DNA of 59,056 nt, the filler included, from Sphacelaria rigidula (taxonomy: Eukaryota), in the NCBI GenBank assembly GCA_964200075.2. It is 8 parts of 8 records of this genome, joined end to end, with 100 filler letters (N's around TTAATTAATTAA, not from the genome) between each part and the next. Parts side by side here need not be neighbours in the genome. Positions count along the whole stretch, not along the records: positions 1 to 7,296 come from CAXNAA020015575.1; positions 7,397 to 14,691 come from CAXNAA020015576.1; 6 more parts are not named here. The stretch is one strand, 5' to 3'. Of this stretch, positions 1-13,403 are shown piece after piece. Position 1 is the stretch's first letter. Each line of letters begins with the position of its first letter. The notes under the pieces are model-generated. The model had not been told where the DNA came from. It did no database searches and was given only the letters and a program-made list of their open reading frames with translations. The translations under genes and the position numbers were made by a program.

Positions 1-397
1 TTCACTGATTGACCGCTTTTCACTCTCAATCTTATCATATACTCTCAATTTCACGAAAACACTGTTGAAACGAGAAACCTGGCTCTGTGCACGTAAGTAA
101 CACCGTTTCCGTGAGATTGAGAGTAGAGCGCTGATTGAGAGTGGCTTTGATCTCTCGCTTCAAGCCAGCCAATTTTCCATTCCGCGTGTGCTTTTCTTTG
201 CCTTTATCACTGGCGTGTGCTCACAGCTACACGTTGATATCCTACTGAGGGATATTAAGGGCCTCAGTGGCAAGCTACCACAGAAAGCATATCGGACCTC
301 GTGTAGGGGCATTTCGGAACTGAAACGATTCGTTCACTAATTGAGCACTTTCCACTCTCAATCTTATCCTCTACACTCAATCTCACGAGAACACTGT
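1..397. repeat. Cluster of a ~65-bp dispersed repeat: direct copies at 1-66 and 333-397, partial inverted copy at 111-144
   Basis: Shared core cactctcaatcttatc...ctcaat(c/t)tcacga; 111-144 (gtgagattgagagtagag...gattgagagtgg) is its reverse complement. The same motif ends contig 6 (about 44258-44268). Confidence 0.7.
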
Positions 398-554
398 TAC
401 CTGTGAAGCGTCTCAGTTTCCTGCACACCAACGTCGCACAAGAAACACAGGTGCTGATCTGCCGTTGTGCGATCAGGTGCTCACCGTGCACTGTAACGAA
501 AGTGTAAACATTACATCGTTTTATGTACTGGTACCCTACACGAAAATGTTTCGG

Positions 555-3390
555 TCACCCCAAGTATTGCCGTCGCAAATTGATTGCATCTTCCGCGATT
601 TCCTTCATCCTGTCCAGTTGCGCGGCCGGCATGTTAGTCCGCACAGAAAAGCGGAAGTCAGTGCCTACGAACCCCATGGCATCCTCCATGAAAAGCACGA
701 AGTTGTCGATATCCTCTAGTCTCCTGAAAGCTCCCTGTAGAAACTCCTTCCTGTCGTCGCGGGCTTCTACTTGCAGCGCTTGTGCCAGAGTACGGATTTC
801 CGGTCGATCTCTGTAAGAAGCGATCGGGCGAGGCACCGTGTGGAAGTTGTAAATGCAGATAACGTAGTTGGCAGGCCTCATTTCTGAGAAATGTCGCTGT
901 TTTTCACTGCACATACGCTTCATGTGCGACGATCAATCTATCTTGTGGTTGTGATGAGCGCATGTCATTCGTATCTTCATTTTGCTCAAGGTCAAATTAC
1001 TAGCGCTATCCTGCAGACGTTCGAGACGTTCATCAGCTCAGCTGCACGCATGAATTGTCGCATCGGAGACAGGCAACCCGTACGAAAGCATCGCGAAGCC
1101 TGCCACGAGTCTCCCAAGCACACCCAACGAACGCGACCATTCAGTGTGTAATTGAAGCACCGTACTTGCGAAAACAAATCGAAACTCAGTGTCGTTATCC
1201 AGACTATCGTTGAGACTTACATCATTTGCAGCTCCGCCGACACCCGATCTTTCACTGCCTTCAAAACCTTGTACAGGTCTGATCCTTTTTTACCCTTGTC
1301 AACCTGCGTATAGTGTCCCCCGTTCAAACACAGTGCGACGTACGTGGAGTGATCGGTCGTGGCGATCGTTCTCTGAGATGTCTAAGATGGCGGAGGTATT
1401 GGACCAATCGGTTGCGTAAAACACGATGAATTTTTAAGAGCCAGGACGATCTTGCTATTGCACTCGAAATTGCCGACTTTATTAACCAAGGCAAGCGCTG
1501 TGGGCGTTTTTGCGCGAGATTCTGAAATACAGCAAGAGGGAAGCGTCCCGCGTTCTTATGCTCTCGGTTGTTGAATAACTGTAGACTAGTGTCAAGGCAA
1601 GTGCTTCTTCGGTGAGGCTATGCGCGGCTCAAAAACACCATGGCGGGCTGTAGCCACACAAAGCACGCACCACGGCACTCGGTCGTCCTGCAGGAAATCT
1701 CCGAGCGCACGCATCACGGCTGCAGCACGTATTTACTGACAGCGAGCACAAGCTGCAACACGTAGATGCTGATACTTCACGAGTCCCGTGGCTCGAGGTA
1801 GTCCGAACAAAGTGCTCATTAGGACTACATGGTCTCAGCTCCTTGAGCTCCCTAGGACCCCAATGGCCCTTCAGGGTCATCAAAAAAATTGTGACAAGAG
1901 TCACTATCCGGCAGTCAACAATGACCGATTGTACCCTCACGTATTATTGCGTTTGAAGAAATTTACCGAGTCAGGCGAACCCTGAATAAGATCTTGGTAC
2001 ATGCAGCACTATTCTAGCACAGTGCTGATAGCAGCTCACCTCTGCTCGAACAAGGTCACCCAGGTATTGGTCCAAATCTTTGTCGAGCACCTCCATGGTC
2101 ATCATCTCTTTCATGCAATCATCCAGCAAGGTTCCACCAGCCGCTGCGGCAGTCAAAATCGCGGAAACCTGCAGGGCCCACATCGTGCACCAGCGTAGAT
2201 TGAGAGGAGGGCTGCTCTAGATGGACACAGGGGCATACAGTACGACGTGGGATACCATTTCGATCGGTATGGTGTCCACGAGGTCACGATTTTTAGCGTT
2301 ATACGGGACGATCTGGTTAATACCACAATACGCAGCCCTCGGATGACCATGCAGATACATGACTGAGGTGGCCACCGTAATCGGGCACCAGCGGAGGTTT
2401 TTCTTCGCGCTGTGATACAACAACTGTGGAGCCATCGCGTTTCCTCGATTCATGCCAAATATACGATCGGTACGCTAGGGTTGTGAGGGAATTTGAGAGC
2501 AGGTTCACTTTGTCGGCACCTGAATTGGGTACGTGAACACCTGAAAGTCGGGTATGGTTGACGCTGTGTCCCATGGCTGATGAACACCGCCACGACGTTA
2601 TTGGCATACGCGATTTCAAGTACTGAGTCTGAGCGCCGAACACCATATGACAAAAAAAAATGATATATATATATATTTCCACCATCAACTACGCAGAGAA
2701 GATACACACACAAATTGCCACCGACCCTCCGCCACAATGGTATCCCACCTCTCACACAAAAACGTCTCCACACATGGACAAATGGCGGCGATCTACAATG
2801 AATCATAAATGCATACTGTACCGATAACTATGAAGGAAGACACACGAGACAGGGGTGTACCAAATGTTTTGAAAACAGTCGTCTACCCTCCATGTACCCC
2901 CTTCATCCAATCGGTGCTTCAAACGGATGGTCTCATTCTTGAGCTAAGTAGCACACAGAGGAGCAGGCACTTGTAGTGTATGGAGAGCGCGATTCACTTT
3001 GCACCCTCGATTCCATAATGGAAAGCCCCATGTTTGAGTATTGCACGCCAACTTCCGACACGCATTCAAGTGCCACAGTGCCCTACTCCTTATGTTCTAC
3101 AACACCGTACCTGTGTGCATTATGGAGATGGGCAACATGTACACGTGGGATCAAGGACGTGGTTCACCAATCCCGACCCCTAATCATGGCTGTATCCCCA
3201 GCGGGAGGAACGTTCGGCCAGGGACTGTACATTATCGACCAGGTGGTGATAAGTGGTTGGTGAGAGGGATGCCAGGGAATAGTGTCCATGTATAGCTGGA
3301 TTGTGCCAACATGAGTAAAAAATGGTTTACCGTGACATACCAGGCTGAAATGCACCGTGACGTACGTTATTATTCCTATTATTATTATAT

Positions 3391-3432
<42 letters not shown>

Positions 3433-4518
3433 TTCTTTTTGCGCATAAGCTTGATCTTTCACAGAATGACCATGATGTCGGCAGTGTAATATACAGTAAT
3501 ATCTCACCCCACACTGTACCACAATCCTCAACAAGCCACCGGCGTGACCGTACACGTACCCATCAGGCTTACTATGCGAACCACCACACCAAAGAATGGT
3601 GCCCCGGAGCCACCTAGCCTCGAAGACCATAACAACAAGGCATGGGCCGTTTGTCGTATACTTCTGCATTGTTTGCAGTATACGCATACACCATGTTCTC
3701 CAAGTTGGGCCGCCACACCCTCATCCTCAGGGTCTACCTCAGGAATCCAAACCATGACCAGGATATGCTGTAATTTTGAAGGCTGTTTTTTGCGAGAGAG
3801 AGAGTGGTCGTCTCATGAGTCCGCAGCGAACGAACGAGAGGTCGGGTTTCTTTTGGTTCTTTGAGCTTCACCCCGTAAAATATGGGTCATGGACTGAACT
3901 GAATGAGCGTGCGCAGGACAACCCGGCATTGACATTATCGGACGTTCAAAATGCGACGTGTAGAGGGTACAGCCAGTGATGCTTGGGATCATTGCCCATG
4001 TGATGAGATGCAAGTGGAACTTACCACTGCTGGGTACGCCGCCATCGTATCGCGTGCAGACTACCGAATGATATGTGTATACTTGAAACTAGTACGACAG
4101 TGTAGCCCAGGCAAATTTCCTGACTTGTGCGTTTCGTATACCATATCGGAGCGTACGCGCTCACTTTGCCCACCAATAGGGGGGCCGTGAGATGCTTGGT
4201 ATCACTATAGCGCGGCGCAAGCAAAAAGAGCTTTCGGTGTAGTAGCTGCCGTATGTGGAAAATTGTCGGTGTCTCGGAGATTAAAAAAATGAATATTTGC
4301 TGGCCTGGACGAGAAAACAGTCGTTGCTACAACTATTATAGTCTCATCCTTACACATACAGATGCTACCATTTCGAACAACTTCAGTCTTTCACCTTTTT
4401 TCGAGAAGCATTCCGTTTCTCCTTCTTGAGGTAACCGGTCAAAAACGTGTCAACCTCCTCCAGCCGTCGCATATCCTCACCGCTGCTCACCTTAGCCATG
4501 CGCTCCTTCATGGTCTGA
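555..4518 (-). CDS. 3' part of a spliced gene for an uncharacterised alpha-helical protein; exons 4518-4395, 2168-2040, 1303-1221, 810-555 (stop TGA)
   Basis: Each exon has an AG acceptor and GT donor (ggcag/gtgaaa, ctgcag/gtgagc, cgcag/gtaagt, ttacag). Phases 0, 0, 2 join without stops: QTMKERMAKVSSGEDMRRLEEVDTFLTGYLKKEKRNASRKK|VSAILTAAAAGGTLLDDCMKEMMTMEVLDKDLDQYLGDLVRAE|VDKGKKGSDLYKVLKAVKDRVSAELQM|IDRPEIRTLAQALQVEARDDRKEFLQGAFRRLEDIDNFVLFMEDAMGFVG...RRQYLG*. Confidence 0.8.
3391..3430. repeat. (CTA)n microsatellite
   Basis: About 13 CTA units, seen directly. Confidence 0.95.
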
Positions 4519-5153
4519 CTGCCAAATATTTGGATATTTTGAGGTTCATATGGTTTTAGCAGGTGGGTGTTAGGTCACAGCACTCCCTAACCATGATGTT
4601 GACGTGCACTGCGAATAGTAGACATCACTACTACGTTTCTTCTAACGGCGAGTTGATATTATTGGCGCCAGACCCACCCAGTGAAATACAGGAGGACCGT
4701 GGCGCGCACGTGTGCATGTAGATGTAAACGCTGCTACGAGTAGGGTGGCTGGGTGGTGCGCACGTGTGCATGCAGCCGTGTTGCAGGCAGTCTACAGGCA
4801 GTCTGCAGACAGTGGCGATGACTCTCAGTGTCGTGTTGTCATGCCTTCGTCACTCGGGTGACTCCTGTGCTTTGACAAAGCCCCAATTATGTGTAAGTTC
4901 GCCAGCCCAGTCGGGCAGATACAAGCTACTATTGCTGCTGTACTTTAGGTGTAACTTACTGCATAACCCATCAGCCCGCCAGGCAATACACAATCCTATA
5001 ATTCCGCTGTTGTTGTACACGTGCACATCGGCGGTATCGTGACGACACTTCAACACCTCCCTATAGTTTCTCGAGTCCATGCCCTCGCACACATGCCCGC
5101 GACTGCACTGACACTGGGCAGCGGGGGCTGGGCAAAACAGACGAAGGACATAC

Positions 5154-5197
5154 GTCTTGATACGTTGCTCAATTTCGACTTGGTGCCAGACGGCCTC
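5154..5197 (-). CDS. Candidate upstream exon of the same gene (EAVWHQVEIEQRIK)
   Basis: cag acceptor and gtatgt donor; the phase-2 end fits the exon starting at 4518. The polypyrimidine tract is poor. Confidence 0.3.
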
Positions 5198-7296
5198 CTG
5201 GTCTAACTCTCCTTGACTTCATTTTTTTTTTTGTCGCATTTATAACCCCTCCCCTTCCTCGGGACGAGTCCGTGGTCTCAAGGGATCAACCTATCTCAAC
5301 AGCCACCTGTCGAAGCAAAGGCGTCTTTGTCTCTTCGAAAAAAAACTGTCCAGAACCAAAAAGGTGTCATGGGCGATATGAGGCGATCTGGAGAGGGGTC
5401 GCAGTCTGAGGGTTAACCTCTTCAGCGCCCATGCGCCAGAAAGGCGCCTTTTTTTTCTCCTTCGCGGGGGGTTTGGAACCGTTGTTTTGGCGGAAGAGAC
5501 AAGACCTTCGTGTGGGGAATGACTGCACACCACCCGTGATGCTCTGCAATCACGTACACCTCTTTTTGATTCAGTACAATTCGACAAACAAAGTGCAAGA
5601 TATATGTTCAGACCCACGACCGAGAGGATTGACCCGTCCATCCGTTCATGCGCAAAAACGTCGTTATATCATGTTTCGGCTGCAAGAGTCGATCGTGTTC
5701 AGGCCAACAGCAGAAAACATCGGCGGCATAGCCATCGGAAATACAGGCACTGTTGTGTAGATTGAGAGGTGAGGTACACAAACAAACTAGGTAGATTGTA
5801 TGATAGGCCCGAGGGAGCACTCAAAATCGCGTTTCGAAACGTGAACATTTTGTGCTACAGTATCTCACGTTCAAAGTATGATATTTAATAAATTCTTCGT
5901 AATTGGCGACTATGAGCGTTGGGGGTCTGAAAATACTTGTTTCGGCTCCACATCCCAGAAAAAAAAAGCATCTGTTTTCAATATTGAGTGACTTACGGGC
6001 TGTCCGGTCATCAGGAGTCCTGCCACTTTTCAGCCCAGATTCTGACTCTTCGGTGTTTTCGGCCGATCGAGCCTGTCCCGATCGTATTTGTGGAGAAATG
6101 AAAAGGCTTTTTTTATTTATTCTAAACATTGCATTATTATAGAGCCGAAAAGCTGTGTTTTACGGTCAATAACACGCTCCTGATAAACGGGGTATCTGCT
6201 CGAATCGCCCGATAACACCAACTAACACTAACTTGGGGCACTGTGTTGTGCAGACGACGCAGACACTTTCGAGTTTCATCGAAGAACGGTACGCGAGAAA
6301 AACCCCAGAACAATCCATGCCACTTTGAACGTGAGGTACTAAAGGTCGATCTCTGCATGCTGAAAAACTCGTGCTTTCTGAGAGATTACCAGCGATTGCC
6401 AACTAAACAGTCTGCACAGCACTCATCGACAAGCTGACAACCAACACGCCGCTCTGCACAAGGCTACCTTTGCTTGCACAGTCTTATCCACAGCTACCTG
6501 CTGGTAGGGCAGCGATATTCGGCTCCAGCTGCATTGCGAGTAGCACACCTGAACGATATGTATTGTGTTACGAGGGCACATGAACACCTTTTCTGATGCA
6601 CTGTACTGCACTGTACTGTTTGTCGATGTGTGAAACATTGCAGTTCTCAGCACTTGTCACTTGTCCATGCGTCTTCGACAACCTCAGACGCGTTTTAGGC
6701 AGCGGGCGCAAATGAGATGGTACAGACAGTAACTTACTTCCTCCTGGAAGGGTACTACACCTGTGCTACAATGTTGCACAGTTGACGCTTTCTACGATAG
6801 CCCCCCCCCCAAAACCAGCCAAAAGTGAGCTAGTAAAAATGGCGGGTTCAATTAGCCTGTGGCCAAATTGTGGAGGTATGATGAAGGGTTGTCCACGGGG
6901 AATTTGTACTTTGATTTGCTGATTTGCAGGATACCCACGACGATTATCACCCATGAACAGAAGATTCCTGATGAGCAAAAATGTCTCAAACATGACCAAA
7001 ATCATACTTTTCTTGTAACAATTAGAAGAAAAAATATTGGGCAATGGCCTAGAAAAGGTACACCTTCTCGTTTTTTGCCTAGGAAAGATACGAAAATGGC
7101 CAAAAACGCAACAACAGCCAAACACGCCATTTTGACCGTTTTCGCTCCGGATTTTCACGCACATCGCTCGGGGGGGCCATTGGCACCCGGGGACTCGAAA
7201 AAAACGGATGAAAAACATGTTGCTCGAGAGATATGGCCATGCGAAAACGGACATTTCGCCTCCAGAAACCGCTAACCTTTTGTGGGCCACATTTCG

Positions 7297-7396
7297 NNNN
7301 NNNNNNNNNNNNNNNNNNNNNNNNNNNNNNNNNNNNNNNNTTAATTAATTAANNNNNNNNNNNNNNNNNNNNNNNNNNNNNNNNNNNNNNNNNNNN
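7297..7396. other. Artificial contig-joining linker (first of seven; others at 14692-14791, 22087-22186, 29481-29580, 36875-36974, 44269-44368, 51663-51762)
   Basis: Identical 44 N + TTAATTAATTAA (stops in all six frames) + 44 N blocks spaced every 7394-7395 bp. The contigs between them are 7296, 7295, 7295, 7294... bp, i.e. sorted by length. Confidence 0.98.
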
Positions 7397-7794
7397 AGCC
7401 GACTACGTGCACTAAAACGGGAGTCTCAAGGAGAGTAGGGAGAGGATGGAAGCTACTAACTGCTGACTCCGATGCACCCCTCCCTCGGAGGCGGTGGGCG
7501 GTGTCATGTGGCGCCTTTTCGGGATTGCCGAGTTTATGCATACGCATAGCTGTCCTCTCAGAGGTCCAAGGATAGGTTTCTCCTTTTTTTTTTCTTTTCA
7601 CCTTTTTTGTTTCTGTTTTGTTTTGTTTTGTTTTTCTTGTATCGCGTCTGTGTGAATTTTTCGTGAGTCCGATTTTATTTCCTGATTTTCCTTTTACCCT
7701 AAAATGGGGTGGTAGCCTGTGACCACGGAAGACGTCCGAGTCAGATGTTCAGGACAGCACTGCGCAGATATCGGAACGACTTTTTAATGTGAAG

Positions 7795-7825
<31 letters not shown>
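7397..7825 (+). mobile_element. 3' end of a non-LTR retroposon (LINE-type 3' UTR) with a (CAA)n tail
   Basis: T-rich tract, then ...ttaatgtgaagacaacaacaac with about 10 CAA units (7795-7825), abutting and truncating the antisense Copia gag frame. Confidence 0.6.
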
Positions 7826-7826
<1 letters not shown>

Positions 7827-8938
7827 CCCCGGCAAGGAGAGCCTGGTCGCCCGGGGATGACTTCTTTCCCCGGGCAAATTCCTGCTTCAACGATGTTGAT
7901 TTGAAGCGCTTTCGAATCGAAGTCAACACAACCTCCCGTGTCAGCGGTCCCTCTCGATCCTCCAGCAGTTGCTTCTGAATGGGATACTCGAAGGGCAACG
8001 CGTTAAGGAATTTCAGGAGAATATGGTTTTCGCTTAGTCGTTCATGCTCCTTGTAAGATTTTAGGTTACGTGCAATTTCCTCCATCTCGAGCAGCTTCTG
8101 CTCTGGATCATCACGGACACCAATCTTGATTCCATCGAACTTTTCCAACAAAGCGGTTCTCGCCCCATTTGTTTTGGGGCGGAAGACGTCTTCGAGTTTT
8201 CTCCAAACCGCAGCAGGTGAGTGGATTCTAAGCAAAATATCTTGCTCCCTCCTTCCTTCTAAACTAGCCACAAGCATTCGTCTGGCCCTCACGCTGGCCG
8301 CCACTGTGTCCTTCCCATGTCTACTCTCCAGATACCCCATTTCTATTTCAGGATTACCGACATCTACATCGTAAGAACTATCGCCGGCCATGGTAAACAC
8401 CCAGCCAATTCCTTCGCCCCTTGCGAAGTTGACCAGTTCATGCCTGTACCGAGCATAATCAGCGCTCTTCCCTGAAAAATTTGGGACGTTCTGTCGAAAA
8501 GTGGGAACCCCTGACACATTTCCACTTGTATCGTTAACTTGGATTGACTCGCGTGCGGGGACAAAGCCCCTAGCTTCGTCACTGGTGACCCCGTTGTCCA
8601 TTGCGTCGAGCGCTCTGTCCTCTGGAACAGCTTGGCTCCCGATGTACCGTCGCTCTCTTCGAAGTCCAGCACCACGTCGCTCCGCTGTTCTATTTATGTT
8701 GAATTCCCCCTGTTGACTATGGGAACCTTCACTATCGAGGACACCGTTGTTTTCTGCGCCCCCGGCCTCTCTTACTGCCGTCATATTGTCCATGTTACTC
8801 TGTAATGTAGCTTGGCTTAGCTGCATATCGCGCATGAGCTGAGCCAAGGAACTGATCTGACCACGTACATCTTGCAAGTCCTCAGTAACACCCTGCTGAC
8901 CGATAACTCTTAAGAGGCCGATCACCCTGTTCTGCCAT
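7826..8938 (-). CDS. gag: Ty1/Copia gag polyprotein (Retrotran_gag_2/UBN2-like), truncated
   Basis: Longest ORF in the window, with Copia gag-like motifs: FSGKSADYARYRHEL, AAVWRKLEDVFRPKT, HILLKFLNALPFEY, LTREVVLTSIRKRF. It lies directly downstream of an LTR. The first ATG (8938, MAEQG) is out of frame with the main ORF, and the C-terminal poly-Cys is just the inserted (CAA)n tail. Confidence 0.85.
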
Positions 8939-8952
8939 TCTGCCCAACCGGT

Positions 8953-9200
8953 TGAAACACTAGTGTATTCCGTGGCCCGTGGCGAAGGATAGATAGTTTC
9001 TCTTTCGTATTATTGGAGAGTGCCTAGACTGAGTCGACCCTATGACTGAGAGATCAGGTGTTGAGTGGGCCCAGGTGGTGGCGTGGTTGCCAGCCTGGGT
9101 AGTACTGTAGTCACACACACTCGACTACCAGTACCCGCACGTCCACATGAATCTACCCGCACTTGTGCATGTTCACTCAGTGTACCTGTTCACATGAACA
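8953..9200 (-). mobile_element. 5' LTR of a Copia element (~248 bp)
   Basis: On the minus strand it begins TGTTCATGTGAACAGG and ends TTTCA, followed by a PBS-like ccggttgggc and then gag. It is homologous along its length to 29804-30054. Confidence 0.8.
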
Positions 9201-11547
9201 TGATCTTGCCTTCTATTATCAAGTGTTTGAACAGCACCCCCGTAACCCGTCGACTCTCATCGAGTATAGTGTTATTGTCTTATGCCAACCCACGTTCTCA
9301 CGCCTTTGAGCGGTCGACATTTGAACAAAATGCCCAGCCACCTGTAATCACTCGCGTGTTGAGGATTCCATTTGACCGCGGCGGCGTGGCGGGTCATGGA
9401 CACGTGTCACGCTGACTTACCAGTGAGTAACCCTTTGCGGCAACGTATTCGTTTTAAGTCGATGCATGCATGTTTGCCGGCACGGACCATCGTGAGATTT
9501 GCGCCTCTTTCATCTATGGTTTTGCATGTGTGTACGCAAATATTTAAGAACTTAGCAGTGCGAGGGACAGAAAACGGCAAAGGCAACAAGAGTTGTCTTC
9601 GTGGGGCACCTCGCTTCGTCTTTCTTATTTGGGGACAGAGCAAATCGATGCTTCCAGGCCTTCAATCGTATCATCATGTCACATGACTTGAAAAATCAGC
9701 GTATAAAACGTTGTTGATCATAGATTGCTATTAACAGTAGTGGAAGGCACTCGTCGTGGTATCGAGGTGCTTGACGCAATTTTCCGTAAAACACATTTAT
9801 TGTGTTGGGTGTTAGGTGTACCCAGGATCAGGATCAAGCTCTTCTGTGCGGAGCATGCGCGAGACCGTTCTTCTGGGTGTCATCTGCGGTACCTGCCGAA
9901 CGTATCGGCAGCGTCTGCAGGGCCAGCGAGCGAAGGGCTGTTCTGGCCAACATTCGGAAGCAGGAACGAGATAACTTCTGGCATGAGTTGTACGCTCTCG
10001 TCATCGCACTGTACCCCCCCCCCCCCAACCCCCATCCCCAGCTCCCCGGCTCCCCACCCGACCTTCCTCCTTACGGATCCATGGGCTTGACACATCAAAC
10101 TATTCATTCCTTTGCCAGTAGAAAAAGTTGCCCTGCACCGTAATCGAGGGAGGGATTAAGACTGCTGCAGCTTATCAACTCCTCATTTGTGTTGTTTACA
10201 TTTGTCAAACCTGTCACCCTTCGACCCCTTTCCTCCGTCCTAGGGACAAGTCCGTGATACAGTATCAGATGATCAACCCGTGTCTCCCGCGGTACTTGCT
10301 TTGCACCGCATGTGCTGTCGAGCTCTGGATCAGTACTACCCAAGCCCATCGACTTCCGCTGAGTGTTGTTCGTACTTTTGCCCTAGTGTCCAGCCCTCCC
10401 TCCTGCCTTCAGGATCAATCTGTCACTATTCATAGTATGTCTGACGGTATCAAACCACCTCTCCCCCGGTGTGGCACATGCCTATTCGCACCACGTTATT
10501 ATTGGGGTAACTGCAACCGATCACCATTCCAAAAGGGACCCAACTTGTTCGTCACTCACTGCTTCGTTTTTTGTTTGCTCTACACTCTTCTTCCTTTTCC
10601 GAAAGTTTGGCCAGAAGCGTTGGCAGATAGTAAGCATTCTTTTAGCTGTGCCTTATTTTCACACGTCATTTTCGGGGACGATATTTGAGGAGTTATGATG
10701 ATGGAGCATACCACCTCACTGGCACTTTGCACAATGCACGCGACCCTGAGTAAGCGTCGGACACCTGAAGCAGCATGTTGTGAGACTGTTGCGCGTACAT
10801 CAGTGTTTGGTCTCATGGTTTCCGTGCTACACTACTACTCGCACTACCGTATGGCATGGCATATCACCTGATACAGAGTGATGAGTGTTGTTGGACACGC
10901 TGCCGCCTGCGAATAGGCGGTAGTGCGCGTGGCCTCGTTAGTGTTTGGACGTGATTTTGGAAGAGTTCGCCATCAACTACACTGGAAGCTGCCAAACCCT
11001 GACCAGAACCCATGACTTACTCGACGACAAACTCGCTATTACACACTATATATATATATCAGCCTTGTCGTGGTGAGCTCTCGATTTGAGAGCATGTTTG
11101 GATGTAATTGTGTAAAGTACGTCAGTGTGATGCGGTTATGAAATACATCGAGAATCTGTGTGCTCAACAACCAAGGTTGCTTGCTTTGAGTTGATAGTTG
11201 GCGACATGTGCCGCAGACATGGATGATTGATAATGACTTGCTTTATTCCTCTTGGTTCATTTTCATGTATTTTTTCATACCTGTGCACTCAAGAATATTT
11301 TGCTCCTGCCTAGTTCTTGGATTCTCGTTCGTACTAATTTTGTTTTTTCTTCATTCAAACCCGGTGGTTAAAAAGGTTCAACCAGGCGCTAATGGTGGAA
11401 TGTGGGGGACGAGAGCAGACTCAGCAGTTAGCGAGGGTACTGTAGCATTGGGCAGACCTTCGTTTGGCAGTACCAGTACCTCGGCAGCGAATGGAGGTGT
11501 CGAGGGAACAGGTGCGTACAAAACTCTAACAACTGTAGCAGCAGTAG

Positions 11548-11549
<2 letters not shown>

Positions 11550-11580
<31 letters not shown>
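11550..11580. repeat. (GTA)n microsatellite
   Basis: About 10 GTA units, seen directly. Confidence 0.95.
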
Positions 11581-12823
11581 GAGAAGAACGAGGGGGGGGG
11601 GGGGGCAAGAAGCGCAGCGATGCCAAACCATTTGCAACGTTGAAGACAAAATAATCTCGATTTCGATGTCAGTTTGATGTTTTCTTGAAAACATCCCGCA
11701 TGCGCATGTTAATTCAAGAGAAAAATGAAATGAGTATGGTAACAGATAGAATGAAGGAATCAGGCGTTTTGTGATGGACTCTATTTTAGGTTTCCCTCTA
11801 AAAGGCACCGCGCCACTCGCTGCACGGGGAGGGTTGTAAGTACGTGTTACAGTTCACAACTCACCACTGCGCAATGAAAGGAGCATAGGATTGACCACAA
11901 GGAACTACACCTGTATCGCAAATAAGAAAAAACGTACGTACGAGAGTACTTGATGACTGAGAGTGTACGATACCCAAATGGGCGGAGGATAAATGGGAGA
12001 GGAGTGATCCTACAAAAGGCGCGGGAGGTGGGAGGGGGTGATCCCACGAAAAAAGGCTCATGTGTGCGTCAGACGACCTCACACACTCGCGGTGCCCTTG
12101 TATCTATCTGGTTAAAACGGTGTCAACAAGCAGTGTGAATGAGTGGTATTCAGCGGTGACAAGCGCGTTCGAATAACTGTTGGTGCTGTTTTCGTGTACA
12201 AGATAGCCCCGAATAGCCCTCTCCCCCAATCGTAGGATGACTCAGGTTACGAGAACAACATTTGGGGGGGGGGGGGAGAAAGGAGTATCGCCTACAAAAG
12301 ATAAAAACCAAAGTGACGAGTGCCAATCTGCCAACTATCATGACCAAAACTCAAGTGCTAGTGTCTCACGTACAGACACAGGGGAGTGATGGCAGCCAAA
12401 AACAAAAGCGCACTTCGTAGCGGAGACAGGCAATGCCAATGCCAATGCCAGTGGAACACAGACGAGGATCGGATTGATTCCCAACGTTTTTCACTTTATT
12501 CTGCAGCTTTGCTTTGTTATTTGGTATGCGAAACAATACGCTACATATACAGCACCAAGGGTTAGGGCCGGAGATTACCGAAAAGCCCAAGCAGAGCAGC
12601 TACCGACCGTGCAAGAGGATAACTTACCCGTTTGTCGACCTTTAATGGTGATCTTAACTCATCCTCGAATGAAGATGTTTTGCATGCAATCAATCGTCTG
12701 AGACGACAAGGCACTACAGGCGCACATTCTTCATGAAGCAAGGGAACACACACATGTATGGAGAACTGTCTTGCACAAACTCCGACCAAAAACAACCCAA
12801 GGAAAAAGAGTCCATGGGGGTTC

Positions 12824-12877
12824 GGTACAACTGGTACAACTGGTACAACTGGTACAACTGGCACAACTGGTACAAGT
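12824..12877. repeat. 9-bp tandem repeat (GGTACAACT) x6
   Basis: Four perfect and two variant units, seen directly. Confidence 0.92.
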
Positions 12878-13225
12878 CATTTCATCTATATTCATCTTCG
12901 AGCCATACCGTATTCATTGGTATATGACTGTGGCACATTGACTGATCGATTCGCTACATTTCCCACCGCGGTCACAACATACCCGTCCCGGAGGTAAATA
13001 ATCAAAAGACTTCACTGAAGAGATGTCGGGAGAGGAGGTTGTTGAGAAAGAAAAATAGAGGACAAGCACACTGAATTATCGACGGGAAAACAATAGAGAG
13101 AGAAGGAAAGAATTGCAAAGAAGACGAGTCCAATACCTAATATCGGTTCCGGAGAATACGAACCAGAACACAACAAAATATATGCCATAGATAAATTTCG
13201 AGCGTATAGTGGTGTCTTCTCCTCC

Positions 13226-13403
13226 TACGGTACAGTACGCGTGTTGCGGTATGTGCACGATACGGTGCGGATGACTCATGGTGCAGTATGGCGTGATACG
13301 CATGATATACGGTACAGTACGGTGCGGTAAAAATGAAATTGCAGAACGGTTTTCGCGATGAATGGAAATATGGTCTCTGTCGATACTGCAGTACGGTGCG
13401 GCG
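13226..13403. repeat. Degenerate TACGGT(A/G)C(A/G)G-rich repeat, possibly a DNA-transposon subterminal array
   Basis: tacggtacagtacg and tacggtgcgg motifs recur about five times in 180 bp. Confidence 0.5.

Noticed and set aside
3682..3768. Candidate minus-strand exon (HILVMVWIPEVDPEDEGVAAQLGEHG)
   Set aside because: The flanking exons already join cleanly in phase without it, and there is no independent support.
6766..7290. 174-aa and 138-aa overlapping ORFs
   Set aside because: No recognisable motif or splice structure; the composition resembles non-coding transposon-end sequence at a contig edge.
7341..7352. TTAATTAATTAA as a regulatory motif
   Set aside because: It is part of the synthetic linker.
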